Shown: positions 9,362-16,124 of the stretch, one piece after another | Position numbering within the stretch: position 1 is the stretch's first letter | How the letters are laid out: each line of letters opens with the position of its first letter | Position numbers and translations under genes: made by a program | NCBI RefSeq assembly: GCF_900289195.1 | Contig: NZ_OMOH01000004.1 | Coordinates: 324,456-356,455 of the forward strand | Length of the DNA: 32,000 nt | DNA from: Propionibacterium ruminifibrarum | GTDB taxonomy: Bacteria; Actinomycetota; Actinomycetes; Propionibacteriales; Propionibacteriaceae | Reading direction: 5' to 3' | Notes under the pieces: model-generated | What the model was told of the DNA's origin: nothing | Seen by the model: only the letters and a program-made list of their open reading frames with translations | Database searches by the model: none

Positions 9362-10507
9362 ATGAGCGCACCCCGGCAGTCCGGCGCAGACGGCGCCGGA
9401 GCGGCCCACGACTGGGCGAGCCGACCGGCCCGGCCCTCCGACGGCTGGCGGCCGGGACAGACCCCGCACACCGGGGTACCCGCCCCGGCGGGCCCGGCCG
9501 GCACGCCGCAGCCCGCGCAACTCATCGCCATCGGCGCGCTCGTCCTCACCCTGCTCATCGGCGCCATGACGGCAGCAATCGTCGCGGACCGCTCCGCCCT
9601 GCGGACCGCGGAACGGGCCGCCCAGGAGGCCGCCCGGACCTATCTCACCGCCATCGCCGAGGGGGACGCCGAGACGGCCCGCGGCTACCTGGAGGTCGAC
9701 GACGACTCCCTGCTCACCGACGAGGTGCTCCGGGTCTCGAACGAGCTCGCCCCGATGACCGACATCACCGTCGGCGAGGTGACCAGGGACAGACGTATCG
9801 TCACCCACCAGTGGGTGCGTGTCGGCTACCGCGTCGGTGGCGTGGAGGTCTCCGCCCTGTTGAGCGTGAGTCGCTCCGATGATCCGACCATCTTCAACGC
9901 CTCCGAGCTGTCGCTGCACGGGTCCCCCGACGTCGGTATCACGGTCAACGGCGCCATCCCCGCCACCAGCTCGCCGACCGTCTTCCCCGGCACCTACGAG
10001 CTGGCGTCCAACAACGAGTACCTCGACGTCACCGGAGAGCCCATCGCCGCCATCGACCCGACCGAGTACTTCTACGATTCCCTCGGCACGGAGAACGAGG
10101 TGGTGGCCTCCGAGGCCGGCGTGCGCATGTTCCGCGAAAAAGTCGTCGCCGCAGCCCAGGAGTGCCTGGCCTCCACCAGACTCGACGCCGGCTGCGGCAT
10201 CGACGTGCCCCGGTACCCGGAGGGCCTCTCGGAGTGCGAGGAGATCCGGGAGGATTCCGTCCACCGCAGGCAGGACTCCAGCCAGGCGGTCCTGCTCGAA
10301 ACGGTGACCCCCCGCTTCAAACCCTTCGAACCGAACGCCCTCTGGGCTCCCTTCATCGACCTCGGCCGCGTCGACATCACCGTCACCTGCCGCGTGGGCG
10401 ACACCTGGACCAATCGTGAGATCACCAGTCACGGCAGGTGGCGCTTCTTCGGTTCCCCGTCCATCGACCTGACCGACCCCGACCTCGCGGTCGCCTGGAA
10501 CGCCTGA
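9362..10507 (+). CDS. Uncharacterised single-pass membrane protein, tandem-paralog family, copy 5
   Basis: ORF-track entry of 381 aa. The product starts MSAPRQSG. The tail contains DWASRPARPSDGWRP and the predicted helix is LIAIGALVLTLLIGAMTAAIV. The conserved ectodomain blocks are present. CAGGAGAGGA lies upstream. Confidence 0.85.
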   Translation: MSAPRQSGADGAGAAHDWASRPARPSDGWRPGQTPHTGVPAPAGPAGTPQPAQLIAIGALVLTLLIGAMTAAIVADRSALRTAERAAQEAARTYLTAIAEGDAETARGYLEVDDDSLLTDEVLRVSNELAPMTDITVGEVTRDRRIVTHQWVRVGYRVGGVEVSALLSVSRSDDPTIFNASELSLHGSPDVGITVNGAIPATSSPTVFPGTYELASNNEYLDVTGEPIAAIDPTEYFYDSLGTENEVVASEAGVRMFREKVVAAAQECLASTRLDAGCGIDVPRYPEGLSECEEIREDSVHRRQDSSQAVLLETVTPRFKPFEPNALWAPFIDLGRVDITVTCRVGDTWTNREITSHGRWRFFGSPSIDLTDPDLAVAWNA

Positions 10508-10737
10508 CCCCACCAGCACCGACCCGGCTCACCGAGGGCGGGCTTCATGGCCGGCCCTCTGAGATGCCGGGGACGTGCGGCGCCGACGCATGCGGCCGAT
10601 CAGCGCCGTCGGCGGCCTGTTCAGCGCGAGACAATCAGGGCATAGTAGGGGTCATCACCCATGAACACCCTATTCATGGCATGGCCAGAACCAGGGGATC
10701 CCATCGTGGACACCGCGTTCCGGACGGCGCATTCTCC

Positions 10738-10743
10738 TAGAAT
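10738..10743 (+). promoter_or_regulatory. Candidate -10 hexamer (TAGAAT) for copy 6
   Basis: TAGAAT fits the actinobacterial TANNNT -10 pattern. It lies 30 nt upstream of the 10774 ATG, with GGAGAGGA in between. It sits in a lower-GC 266-nt spacer, the only long gap in the array. No convincing -35 was seen. Confidence 0.3.
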
Positions 10744-10773
10744 GGCTATCCCACAGGAGAGGACCAACCCCCT

Positions 10774-12162
10774 ATGAGCACACCTCAGCAGCCGGGCGCA
10801 GGCGGCGCCGGGCAGAACAACTGGGCGAACCAGCCCTCCCAGCCGAACAGCGGCTGGCAACCCGGCCAGGGCGCCCCGAGCCAGAACCCCATGGGAAACC
10901 AGGGCGCCCCGAATCCGAACGCGCCGTGGCAGCAGCAGCCGCAACAGGGATACCGGCCCCAGCAGGGATACGGGCAGCCGGCGACGCAGCCGCAGCCCAC
11001 CGCCTTCACCGCCCAGGGCCCCACGCAGCCCAACCCGGCACAGCAGCCCCAGCAGGGCGCCTGGCCGGGCCAGCCCAACGCCTACCCTGGGCAGCCCAAC
11101 GCCTACCCGGGGCAGACCGCGTACGCGGGTGCACCGGCCGGCCCCGCGGGTTCCCCGCCCAAGTCGAACTCCAAGAAACTGGTCATCATCATCGGCGCGA
11201 TCGTCCTTGCGCTGATCATCGCCAGCGTGCTGGCCTTCGCCCTCCTCCGGGGCGGTTCGAAGGAACGGAAGGCCAAGCAGGCCGTCCAGGGCTACATCAC
11301 CGCCATCTCCGAGGGCGACGCCAACAAGGCCAAGGGGTACCTTTCCGACTCGCTGAGCGACACGTCCCTGCTCACCAACGACGTGCTCAAGGATTCCAAC
11401 GAGCGTGCACCGATCACGGACATCGCCGTCGAGGACGCACAGCAGGTCACCGGCTCCGACATCGAGTACCTGGTCCCCGTCAGCTACACCATCGACGACA
11501 CGGCCACCCGAACCTCGCTCGTGGTTTCCTTCTACAGCAACAACGATCCCGTCGTGGAGGCGCCCTCCACCCTGCCGCTGAGCCTGCTCGAGGATGTTGA
11601 GATCCAGGTCAACGGGGTCACGCCGGACAGCGATTCGCCGTACGTCTTCCCCGGGAGCTACAACGTCACCACCGACAACAAGTACCTGACGATCGAGGAC
11701 GGCGAGATCGAGGCCTACAGCCCCGAAGAACTCATTCTCGACATCCCTGATGTCGCGGTCTCCGAGGCAGGCAAGCAGATGTTCCGCGAGAAGGTCGTCG
11801 CCGCGGCCACCGAGTGCCTGGCCTCCAACCGGCTCGACTCCGGCTGCGGAGAACCGCTCCCGGCCACCTGGGAGACCGGCGAGACCCTCGACGAGGGCAC
11901 CGTCAAGCGTTCGCAGAACGCCGCGGAGGCCGCCAAGCTGCAGTCGGTGTCCCCCTCTCTCGGCCTCAAGGGACCGACCATCCTCTCGGCGTCCTACGCC
12001 GACCTCGGCACCATCGACACCACGGTCGGCTGCAGCAAGGACGGTCAGCACGGCGAGTGCAGCGTGCACAAGACCCTCTTCGGGGTGGAAACGGGCTGGT
12101 ACTTCGGGTCCCCGTACATCGACGTGACCGACCCGGACCTCGTGGTCAAGTGGGAGGACTGA
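10774..12162 (+). CDS. Uncharacterised single-pass membrane protein, tandem-paralog family, copy 6 (most divergent, longest Gln/Pro-rich tail)
   Basis: ORF-track entry of 462 aa. The product starts MSTPQQPG. It has a roughly 135-aa Q/P/G/N-rich tail with NNWANQPSQPNSGWQP and GQPNAYP repeats, and the predicted helix LVIIIGAIVLALIIASVLAFAL. The ectodomain keeps YITAISEGDA, SLLTNDVL, VNGVTPDSDSPYVFPGSY, VSEAGKQMFREKVVAAATECLASNRLDSGCG and FGSPYIDVTDPDLVVKW. Confidence 0.85.
   Translation: MSTPQQPGAGGAGQNNWANQPSQPNSGWQPGQGAPSQNPMGNQGAPNPNAPWQQQPQQGYRPQQGYGQPATQPQPTAFTAQGPTQPNPAQQPQQGAWPGQPNAYPGQPNAYPGQTAYAGAPAGPAGSPPKSNSKKLVIIIGAIVLALIIASVLAFALLRGGSKERKAKQAVQGYITAISEGDANKAKGYLSDSLSDTSLLTNDVLKDSNERAPITDIAVEDAQQVTGSDIEYLVPVSYTIDDTATRTSLVVSFYSNNDPVVEAPSTLPLSLLEDVEIQVNGVTPDSDSPYVFPGSYNVTTDNKYLTIEDGEIEAYSPEELILDIPDVAVSEAGKQMFREKVVAAATECLASNRLDSGCGEPLPATWETGETLDEGTVKRSQNAAEAAKLQSVSPSLGLKGPTILSASYADLGTIDTTVGCSKDGQHGECSVHKTLFGVETGWYFGSPYIDVTDPDLVVKWED
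11068..11130 (+). repeat. 21-nt in-frame tandem repeat (GQPNAYP, GQPNAYP, GQTAYAG) in the copy-6 tail
   Basis: 11068-11088 is ggccagcccaacgcctaccct and 11089-11109 is gggcagcccaacgcctacccg. A degenerate third unit spans 11110-11130. Confidence 0.9.
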
Positions 12163-12797
12163 CCGGCTCTTCCGTCCCGGCGACGGTCCCGGCCGGGGAC
12201 GCCCCGGCGCGGGCAGCCGGTCTGGCCCGTGACGGACGACGTCTCCTCGGCATCGCCGGGGAACCCGGGTCTGGCAAGTCGACGCTGGCCGCCTCGCTCC
12301 AGGACTTCCTGGGCGGGGCGGCCGTCGTCGTCCCGATGGACGGTTTCCACTTGGCCCAGCAGCAGTTGGAGCGGCTGGGGCTGGCCGAGCGCAAGGGTGC
12401 TCCCGACACGATGGACGCCTGGGGTTTCCTGGCTCTGGTGAGACGCCTGAAAGCGGCGGATGAGCCGACCGTCTGGGCTCCGGAGTACCGCCGCGAACTG
12501 CACAACGGCGTCACTGGAGCGATCGAGGTGCCGGCAAGCGTGCCGCTCGTCATCCTCGAGGGCAACTATCTTCTGCTCGACACCGAGCCGTGGGCGCGCA
12601 TCCGTGCCCACCTCGACGAGAGCTGGTTCGTGTCACTGGATGCCGCCGTCCGGTTGGAACGACTGGTCGCCCGTCACATCGCCACCGGCAAGTCGCCGGA
12701 CGCGGCTGCTGCGTGGGCGAACGGCCCCGATGAGGAGAACGCGCGCGTGATCCGCGAGAGCGCGAAGAACGCCGACGTGATCGTCGAGGGCCGCTGA
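12150..12797 (+). CDS. P-loop nucleoside/nucleotide kinase family protein (uridine kinase / FrcK-like)
   Basis: Frame of ORF 11814..12797. Walker A is GIAGEPGSGKST, followed by VVPMDGFHL and ERKGAPDTMD, as in the Udk/PRK/FrcK-like kinase family. There is no in-frame ATG between the copy-6 stop and the P-loop. The best candidate start is the GTG at 12150, 13 nt inside copy 6. A CTG at 12159 directly follows GGAGGA. The start is uncertain. Confidence 0.7.
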   Translation: MGGLTGSSVPATVPAGDAPARAAGLARDGRRLLGIAGEPGSGKSTLAASLQDFLGGAAVVVPMDGFHLAQQQLERLGLAERKGAPDTMDAWGFLALVRRLKAADEPTVWAPEYRRELHNGVTGAIEVPASVPLVILEGNYLLLDTEPWARIRAHLDESWFVSLDAAVRLERLVARHIATGKSPDAAAAWANGPDEENARVIRESAKNADVIVEGR

Positions 12798-12849
12798 ACC
12801 CGGTGCACCGCGTCCAGGCGGGCTTGGTCTGCCCATTTAGGCTGAGCCC

Positions 12850-13224
12850 ATGACCAATCCCACCAAACCCGACGTCACCCTACCGTCCGCCGCCCCCACC
12901 AGCCTCATGGTCGAGGACCTGGCCACGGGCGATGGCACCGAGGCAACAGCAGGCTCACTCGTCGACGTGCACTACGTGGGCGTCGCGCTGAGCACCGGCG
13001 AGGAGTTCGATTCGAGCTACGACCGCGGGCAACCGCTGACCTTTCGGCTCGGCGCCGGTCAGGTCATCACCGGCTGGGACAGGGGTGTCCAGGGCATGAG
13101 GGTCGGCGGCAGGCGCCAGCTCGTCATTCCCCCGCACATGGGCTATGGCGCACGCGGGGTCGGTGGCGTCATCAAACCGAACGAGACGCTCGTGTTCGTC
13201 TGTGACCTCGTCGACGTGCACTGA
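12850..13224 (+). CDS. FKBP-type peptidyl-prolyl cis-trans isomerase
   Basis: ORF-track entry of 124 aa. It carries VDVHYVGVALSTGEEFDSSYDRGQPLTFRLGAGQVITGWDRGVQGMRVGGRRQLVIPPHMGYG, the classic FKBP domain signature. Confidence 0.9.
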   Translation: MTNPTKPDVTLPSAAPTSLMVEDLATGDGTEATAGSLVDVHYVGVALSTGEEFDSSYDRGQPLTFRLGAGQVITGWDRGVQGMRVGGRRQLVIPPHMGYGARGVGGVIKPNETLVFVCDLVDVH

Positions 13225-13250
13225 GCCGCGGCAAGGGCCCGTAACAGAGC

Positions 13251-13286
13251 GGTGGGCTCGGCGCATCCGACGTCGCCGAGCCCACC
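13251..13286. terminator. 13-bp perfect GC-rich hairpin downstream of the FKBP gene
   Basis: GGTGGGCTCGGCG (13251-13263) pairs with CGCCGAGCCCACC (13274-13286) across a 10-nt loop. It starts 27 nt after the stop. There is no T-tract, as is common for actinobacterial hairpin terminators. Confidence 0.5.
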
Positions 13287-13525
13287 ATCACCGCTCCGGC
13301 TCCGAGATCTAGGCAACCCCCAAGCCCATCTCGGCGGAGCAGCGTTCCGCGCAGTGCGCGGATTCCGATTCCCCTCGATCCACAGGAGGGGGAATCGCAC
13401 CCCATATGGATTGAGTGGCCGACCCGAGGGCCTGCCCTCGATCCATGGAGAAGATAATCACTCTCAAACGCGAGAACAAGCTATGTGCTGTCAGTGGATT
13501 TTCTGTGAAGATGAGTCCGGTCGGT

Positions 13526-14251
13526 TCATCGCCGCAGCAGGCCCGCAGCCAGTTCCCCGGCCCAGCTGTACTCGGTCATCTCGATGACACGTGACGGGGC
13601 GAGTTCGGCGCCCCAGCCGATGCCGGCGCATGAGACGGCGATGGTGATACAGACGTCCTGCAGGCCGGGGACGAGCCATTCGGGTTCGGCCTGCTCGTTG
13701 ACGAGCTCGCAGAACTCGTGGCGGTCGCCGGCGAGGGCGGCACGGACGACGAGCATGGCGTAGGCGCGGGCGGCGACCTCGGCCTGCTGCTCGGACTCGG
13801 TGACGAGCCGCTGTCCCAGTGTCGTGGCCACGAGCTGGGGAAGATCCTCGGGGGCCAGACCGGCACCGCGTTCGGCCAGCCAGTCCGGCACGAGCACGGG
13901 CTCGCCGGAGTCGACGGCGGCCCGCATCCGCGTGCCGAGGTCGGTGAGCATGCTGCACGCCAGTGACAGCGCGCCCACGAACTGGCAGACGAAGGTGACC
14001 CCATAGGTCAGCCAATTGCTCTCGTCGGAGTCGCCGATGCCCTGGCCCGCCTCGACGGCGCGAGCGTCGGACAGGAGCACGCTCTTGTTGAGCCGCCATG
14101 CCTCCTCCCAGGGAACCGTCACGGAGTAGGGCTGGTAGTGGATCTCGCCGTTCTCGTCCGGAGCGGGCGTGGGCACGGGCTCGGCGTCGGGGTCGCCCCA
14201 CCACTCACCCGTGATCGGGTAGGTGATCTTCTTGTCATGGCTCATGCTCAT
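13526..14251 (-). CDS. Acidic hypothetical protein, no recognisable domain
   Basis: ORF 13526..14323 has strong G/C third-position bias throughout. The start is uncertain: the ATG at 14251 (MSMSHDKKITYPITGEWWGDPD, GAAGGG upstream) or the ATG at 14296. It follows the histidine kinase gene on the same strand. Confidence 0.65.
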   Translation of the reverse strand: MSMSHDKKITYPITGEWWGDPDAEPVPTPAPDENGEIHYQPYSVTVPWEEAWRLNKSVLLSDARAVEAGQGIGDSDESNWLTYGVTFVCQFVGALSLACSMLTDLGTRMRAAVDSGEPVLVPDWLAERGAGLAPEDLPQLVATTLGQRLVTESEQQAEVAARAYAMLVVRAALAGDRHEFCELVNEQAEPEWLVPGLQDVCITIAVSCAGIGWGAELAPSRVIEMTEYSWAGELAAGLLRR

Positions 14252-14380
14252 GGTCAGGCCCTTCGCGTGCGGGACTCGTGGAGTGTTGGTCATCATCGTC
14301 AGGCGCCCGGCGGGCAACCGCACTGCGCCGAGACTACCGGTCGGCTCAGTGCGGCCCTCAGCCGCCCCGACGACTTCGGT

Positions 14381-15283
14381 TCACTCGGCGAGCGGCAGCC
14401 TCACGGTGAGGACGATGTCCTTGTCGTCAAGGGCTGCGTGGACCGTGCCGCCCATCCTGTCCACGAGTTCGGCGACGATGGACAGCCCGAGTCCCGCGTG
14501 CGGGCCGCTGCGCGCCGGGTCGGCGCGCCAGGAGCGCTCGAACAGGTGCCGCACGTCGGTCTCGTCGATTCCCGCCGCCGGGTTCGCCACGACGAGCACG
14601 GCCGTGTCGGCGTCCCGGGACAGTTCGACGCGCAGGGCTCCCCCGCCGTGGACGAGGGCGTTCGAGACGAGGTTGGTGATGACCCTGGTGAACGCCGTGA
14701 CGTCGACGCGCACCGGCAGCGACGTGGGCGGCAGGGTGACGACTGGTTCGGCGCCGCCCGCAGCGAAGTGCGTCTGGAAGCCGAGCAGGGCCTGGGAGAC
14801 GAGGTCCGTCGCATCGGCCCTCTCCAGGCGGAGCGTGTGATCGGCCGAGTCCAGGACGCTCAGCTCGAAGAAGTCGTCGACGAGCCGGGACAGATCATCC
14901 ACCCTTGCCAGCACCACATCCAGCCGGCCGGGGACGGCGTGGGGACCGTCCCGTTCGACCAGCTGCAGATAGCCCTTCACGGCGATCATCGGGGTCTTCA
15001 GGTCGTGCGAGATGTTGGCGATCTCGCGGCGCAGCCGCTCCTCGCGCCGCTCGGCCGCGGCCAGGCGTTCCTGCCCGTCCCGCCAGGCCAGGTCGATCTC
15101 GGCGGCCAGGGCCTCCAGCTCGTCGTCTCGGGTGTCCACCACCAGGGGCGCCTGCGCCCCTGTAGACCTGCGATCGGCGACCTGGGCTCGCAGCTCCCCG
15201 ATGCGGGCGCGCAGGCGCCGGGGGCGTTGCGCGAGCAGGATCGCGGCGAGCGCCAGCACGCCCGCCGCGATCCATCCGATCAT
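14381..15283 (-). CDS. Sensor histidine kinase with one N-terminal TM helix and no extracytoplasmic sensor domain
   Basis: ORF-track entry of 300 aa. The N-terminal helix is MIGWIAAGVLALAAILLAQ. A coiled region follows, then the H-box REIANISHDLKTPMIAVKGYLQL, the N-box VITNLVSNALVHG and the G-box GLGLSIVAELVDRMGG. Confidence 0.9.
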   Translation of the reverse strand: MIGWIAAGVLALAAILLAQRPRRLRARIGELRAQVADRRSTGAQAPLVVDTRDDELEALAAEIDLAWRDGQERLAAAERREERLRREIANISHDLKTPMIAVKGYLQLVERDGPHAVPGRLDVVLARVDDLSRLVDDFFELSVLDSADHTLRLERADATDLVSQALLGFQTHFAAGGAEPVVTLPPTSLPVRVDVTAFTRVITNLVSNALVHGGGALRVELSRDADTAVLVVANPAAGIDETDVRHLFERSWRADPARSGPHAGLGLSIVAELVDRMGGTVHAALDDKDIVLTVRLPLAE

Positions 15284-15295
15284 GCCTCGATCCTG

Positions 15296-16123
15296 TCAGC
15301 TCAGCTCGCGGTTGCGCAGCCGCGCCACGCAGGCCGCCAGGAGCAGCGGGATCCCGACACCGACGAGGATCCACGCCTGGGTGAGCAGTTCGGGCTCGGC
15401 CCAGTACCGGGAGATCTGGTAGACGTGGCGCACCGGGTTGATCGAGGTGACGAATTCGAAGACCCTGCCCGGCTCATCGCCGCCGAACGACATGGCGATC
15501 GGATGGGCCATGACGAGGACGACCAGCAGGATGAGCGAGACGATACGGCTGGACGTGAGGAGGGCCGCCGTGGCGCCCAGGAGCATGACCACCGTGTACA
15601 CGCAGAACTGCACCGTGACGAAACCGAGCCAGGTGCGCACCTGGGCGCCGGTGAGTGACTGGTGCTCGCCGACGAGCACCAGCCCCATGGTGAGGCCGTT
15701 GTGCGCGAACCACAGCACGCCCGTGACGAGGAGACCGACGACGAGCTTGGAGCAGAACAGCTTCACCTGCGACTGGCCGGCCGCAACGGCGAGCTTCGTG
15801 ATGCCGGAGCGGTCGTCGGCAGTGGTGATCGTCGTCATCGTGATCATCATGGCGAACAGGGCGATGATGCCGAAGCACGACGCCGAGTAGACCAGCTCCC
15901 AGAACTGCGGGTTGTCGGGGTCGGCGTAGGCGAAACCGACGAAGCCGTCGATGAGGGCCACGCCATCCTTCTGGCCGACAGCGCCGCCGAAGGAGAAGAC
16001 CCCCTCACCCTGGATGAAGAGACAGAGAAAGCCGATGACGAGCGCGAATGACGGGATGATGGTCTTCGCGAAGCGTGAGCGGGTGAAGCGGTAGAGGTCG
16101 GCGCGCATGATGTTGACGAACAT
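15296..16123 (-). CDS. ABC-2 type transporter permease
   Basis: ORF-track entry of 275 aa. It is polytopic, with about six hydrophobic segments. The N-terminus MFVNIMRADLYRFTRSRFAK is typical of ABC-2 / antimicrobial-peptide immunity-type permeases. The start lies 1 nt after the ATPase stop. Confidence 0.8.
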   Translation of the reverse strand: MFVNIMRADLYRFTRSRFAKTIIPSFALVIGFLCLFIQGEGVFSFGGAVGQKDGVALIDGFVGFAYADPDNPQFWELVYSASCFGIIALFAMMITMTTITTADDRSGITKLAVAAGQSQVKLFCSKLVVGLLVTGVLWFAHNGLTMGLVLVGEHQSLTGAQVRTWLGFVTVQFCVYTVVMLLGATAALLTSSRIVSLILLVVLVMAHPIAMSFGGDEPGRVFEFVTSINPVRHVYQISRYWAEPELLTQAWILVGVGIPLLLAACVARLRNRELS

Positions 16124-16124
16124 C

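Noticed and set aside
3439-12069. Very long minus-strand ORFs antisense to the paralog array (3439..5373 at 644 aa, 6808..7959, 8061..9371, 9158..10519, 10621..12069).
   Set aside because: Their products are Arg/Gly/Ala/Pro/Asp low-complexity strings with no motifs. They mirror plus-strand genes that carry strong family conservation, an RBS and G/C third-position bias. Long antisense ORFs are an expected artefact of stop-codon-poor high-GC DNA.
4495-12162. The repeated 1.15-1.4-kb units as a CRISPR array, a mobile-element array or a diversity-generating retroelement target.
   Set aside because: The units are complete protein-coding cassettes, not short repeat-spacer units. The window contains no transposase, integrase, reverse transcriptase or template-repeat, and the variation is not adenine-specific.
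13225-13525. A tRNA or tRNA remnant in the intergenic gaps, for example ggaatcggaatcc near 13360-13400.
   Set aside because: I could build no cloverleaf. There is no GTTCGAATC-type T-loop with a matching acceptor stem, and no CCA context. I found no tRNA or rRNA anywhere in the window.
13483-13587. A Cys-rich mini-ORF (MCCQWIFCEDESGRF...) next to the ABC/TCS module as a possible RiPP or bacteriocin precursor.
   Set aside because: It has no RBS or -10 element. Its codon usage is atypical. It overlaps the 3' end of the convergent gene by about 60 nt. No modification enzyme is present in the window. This is insufficient support.
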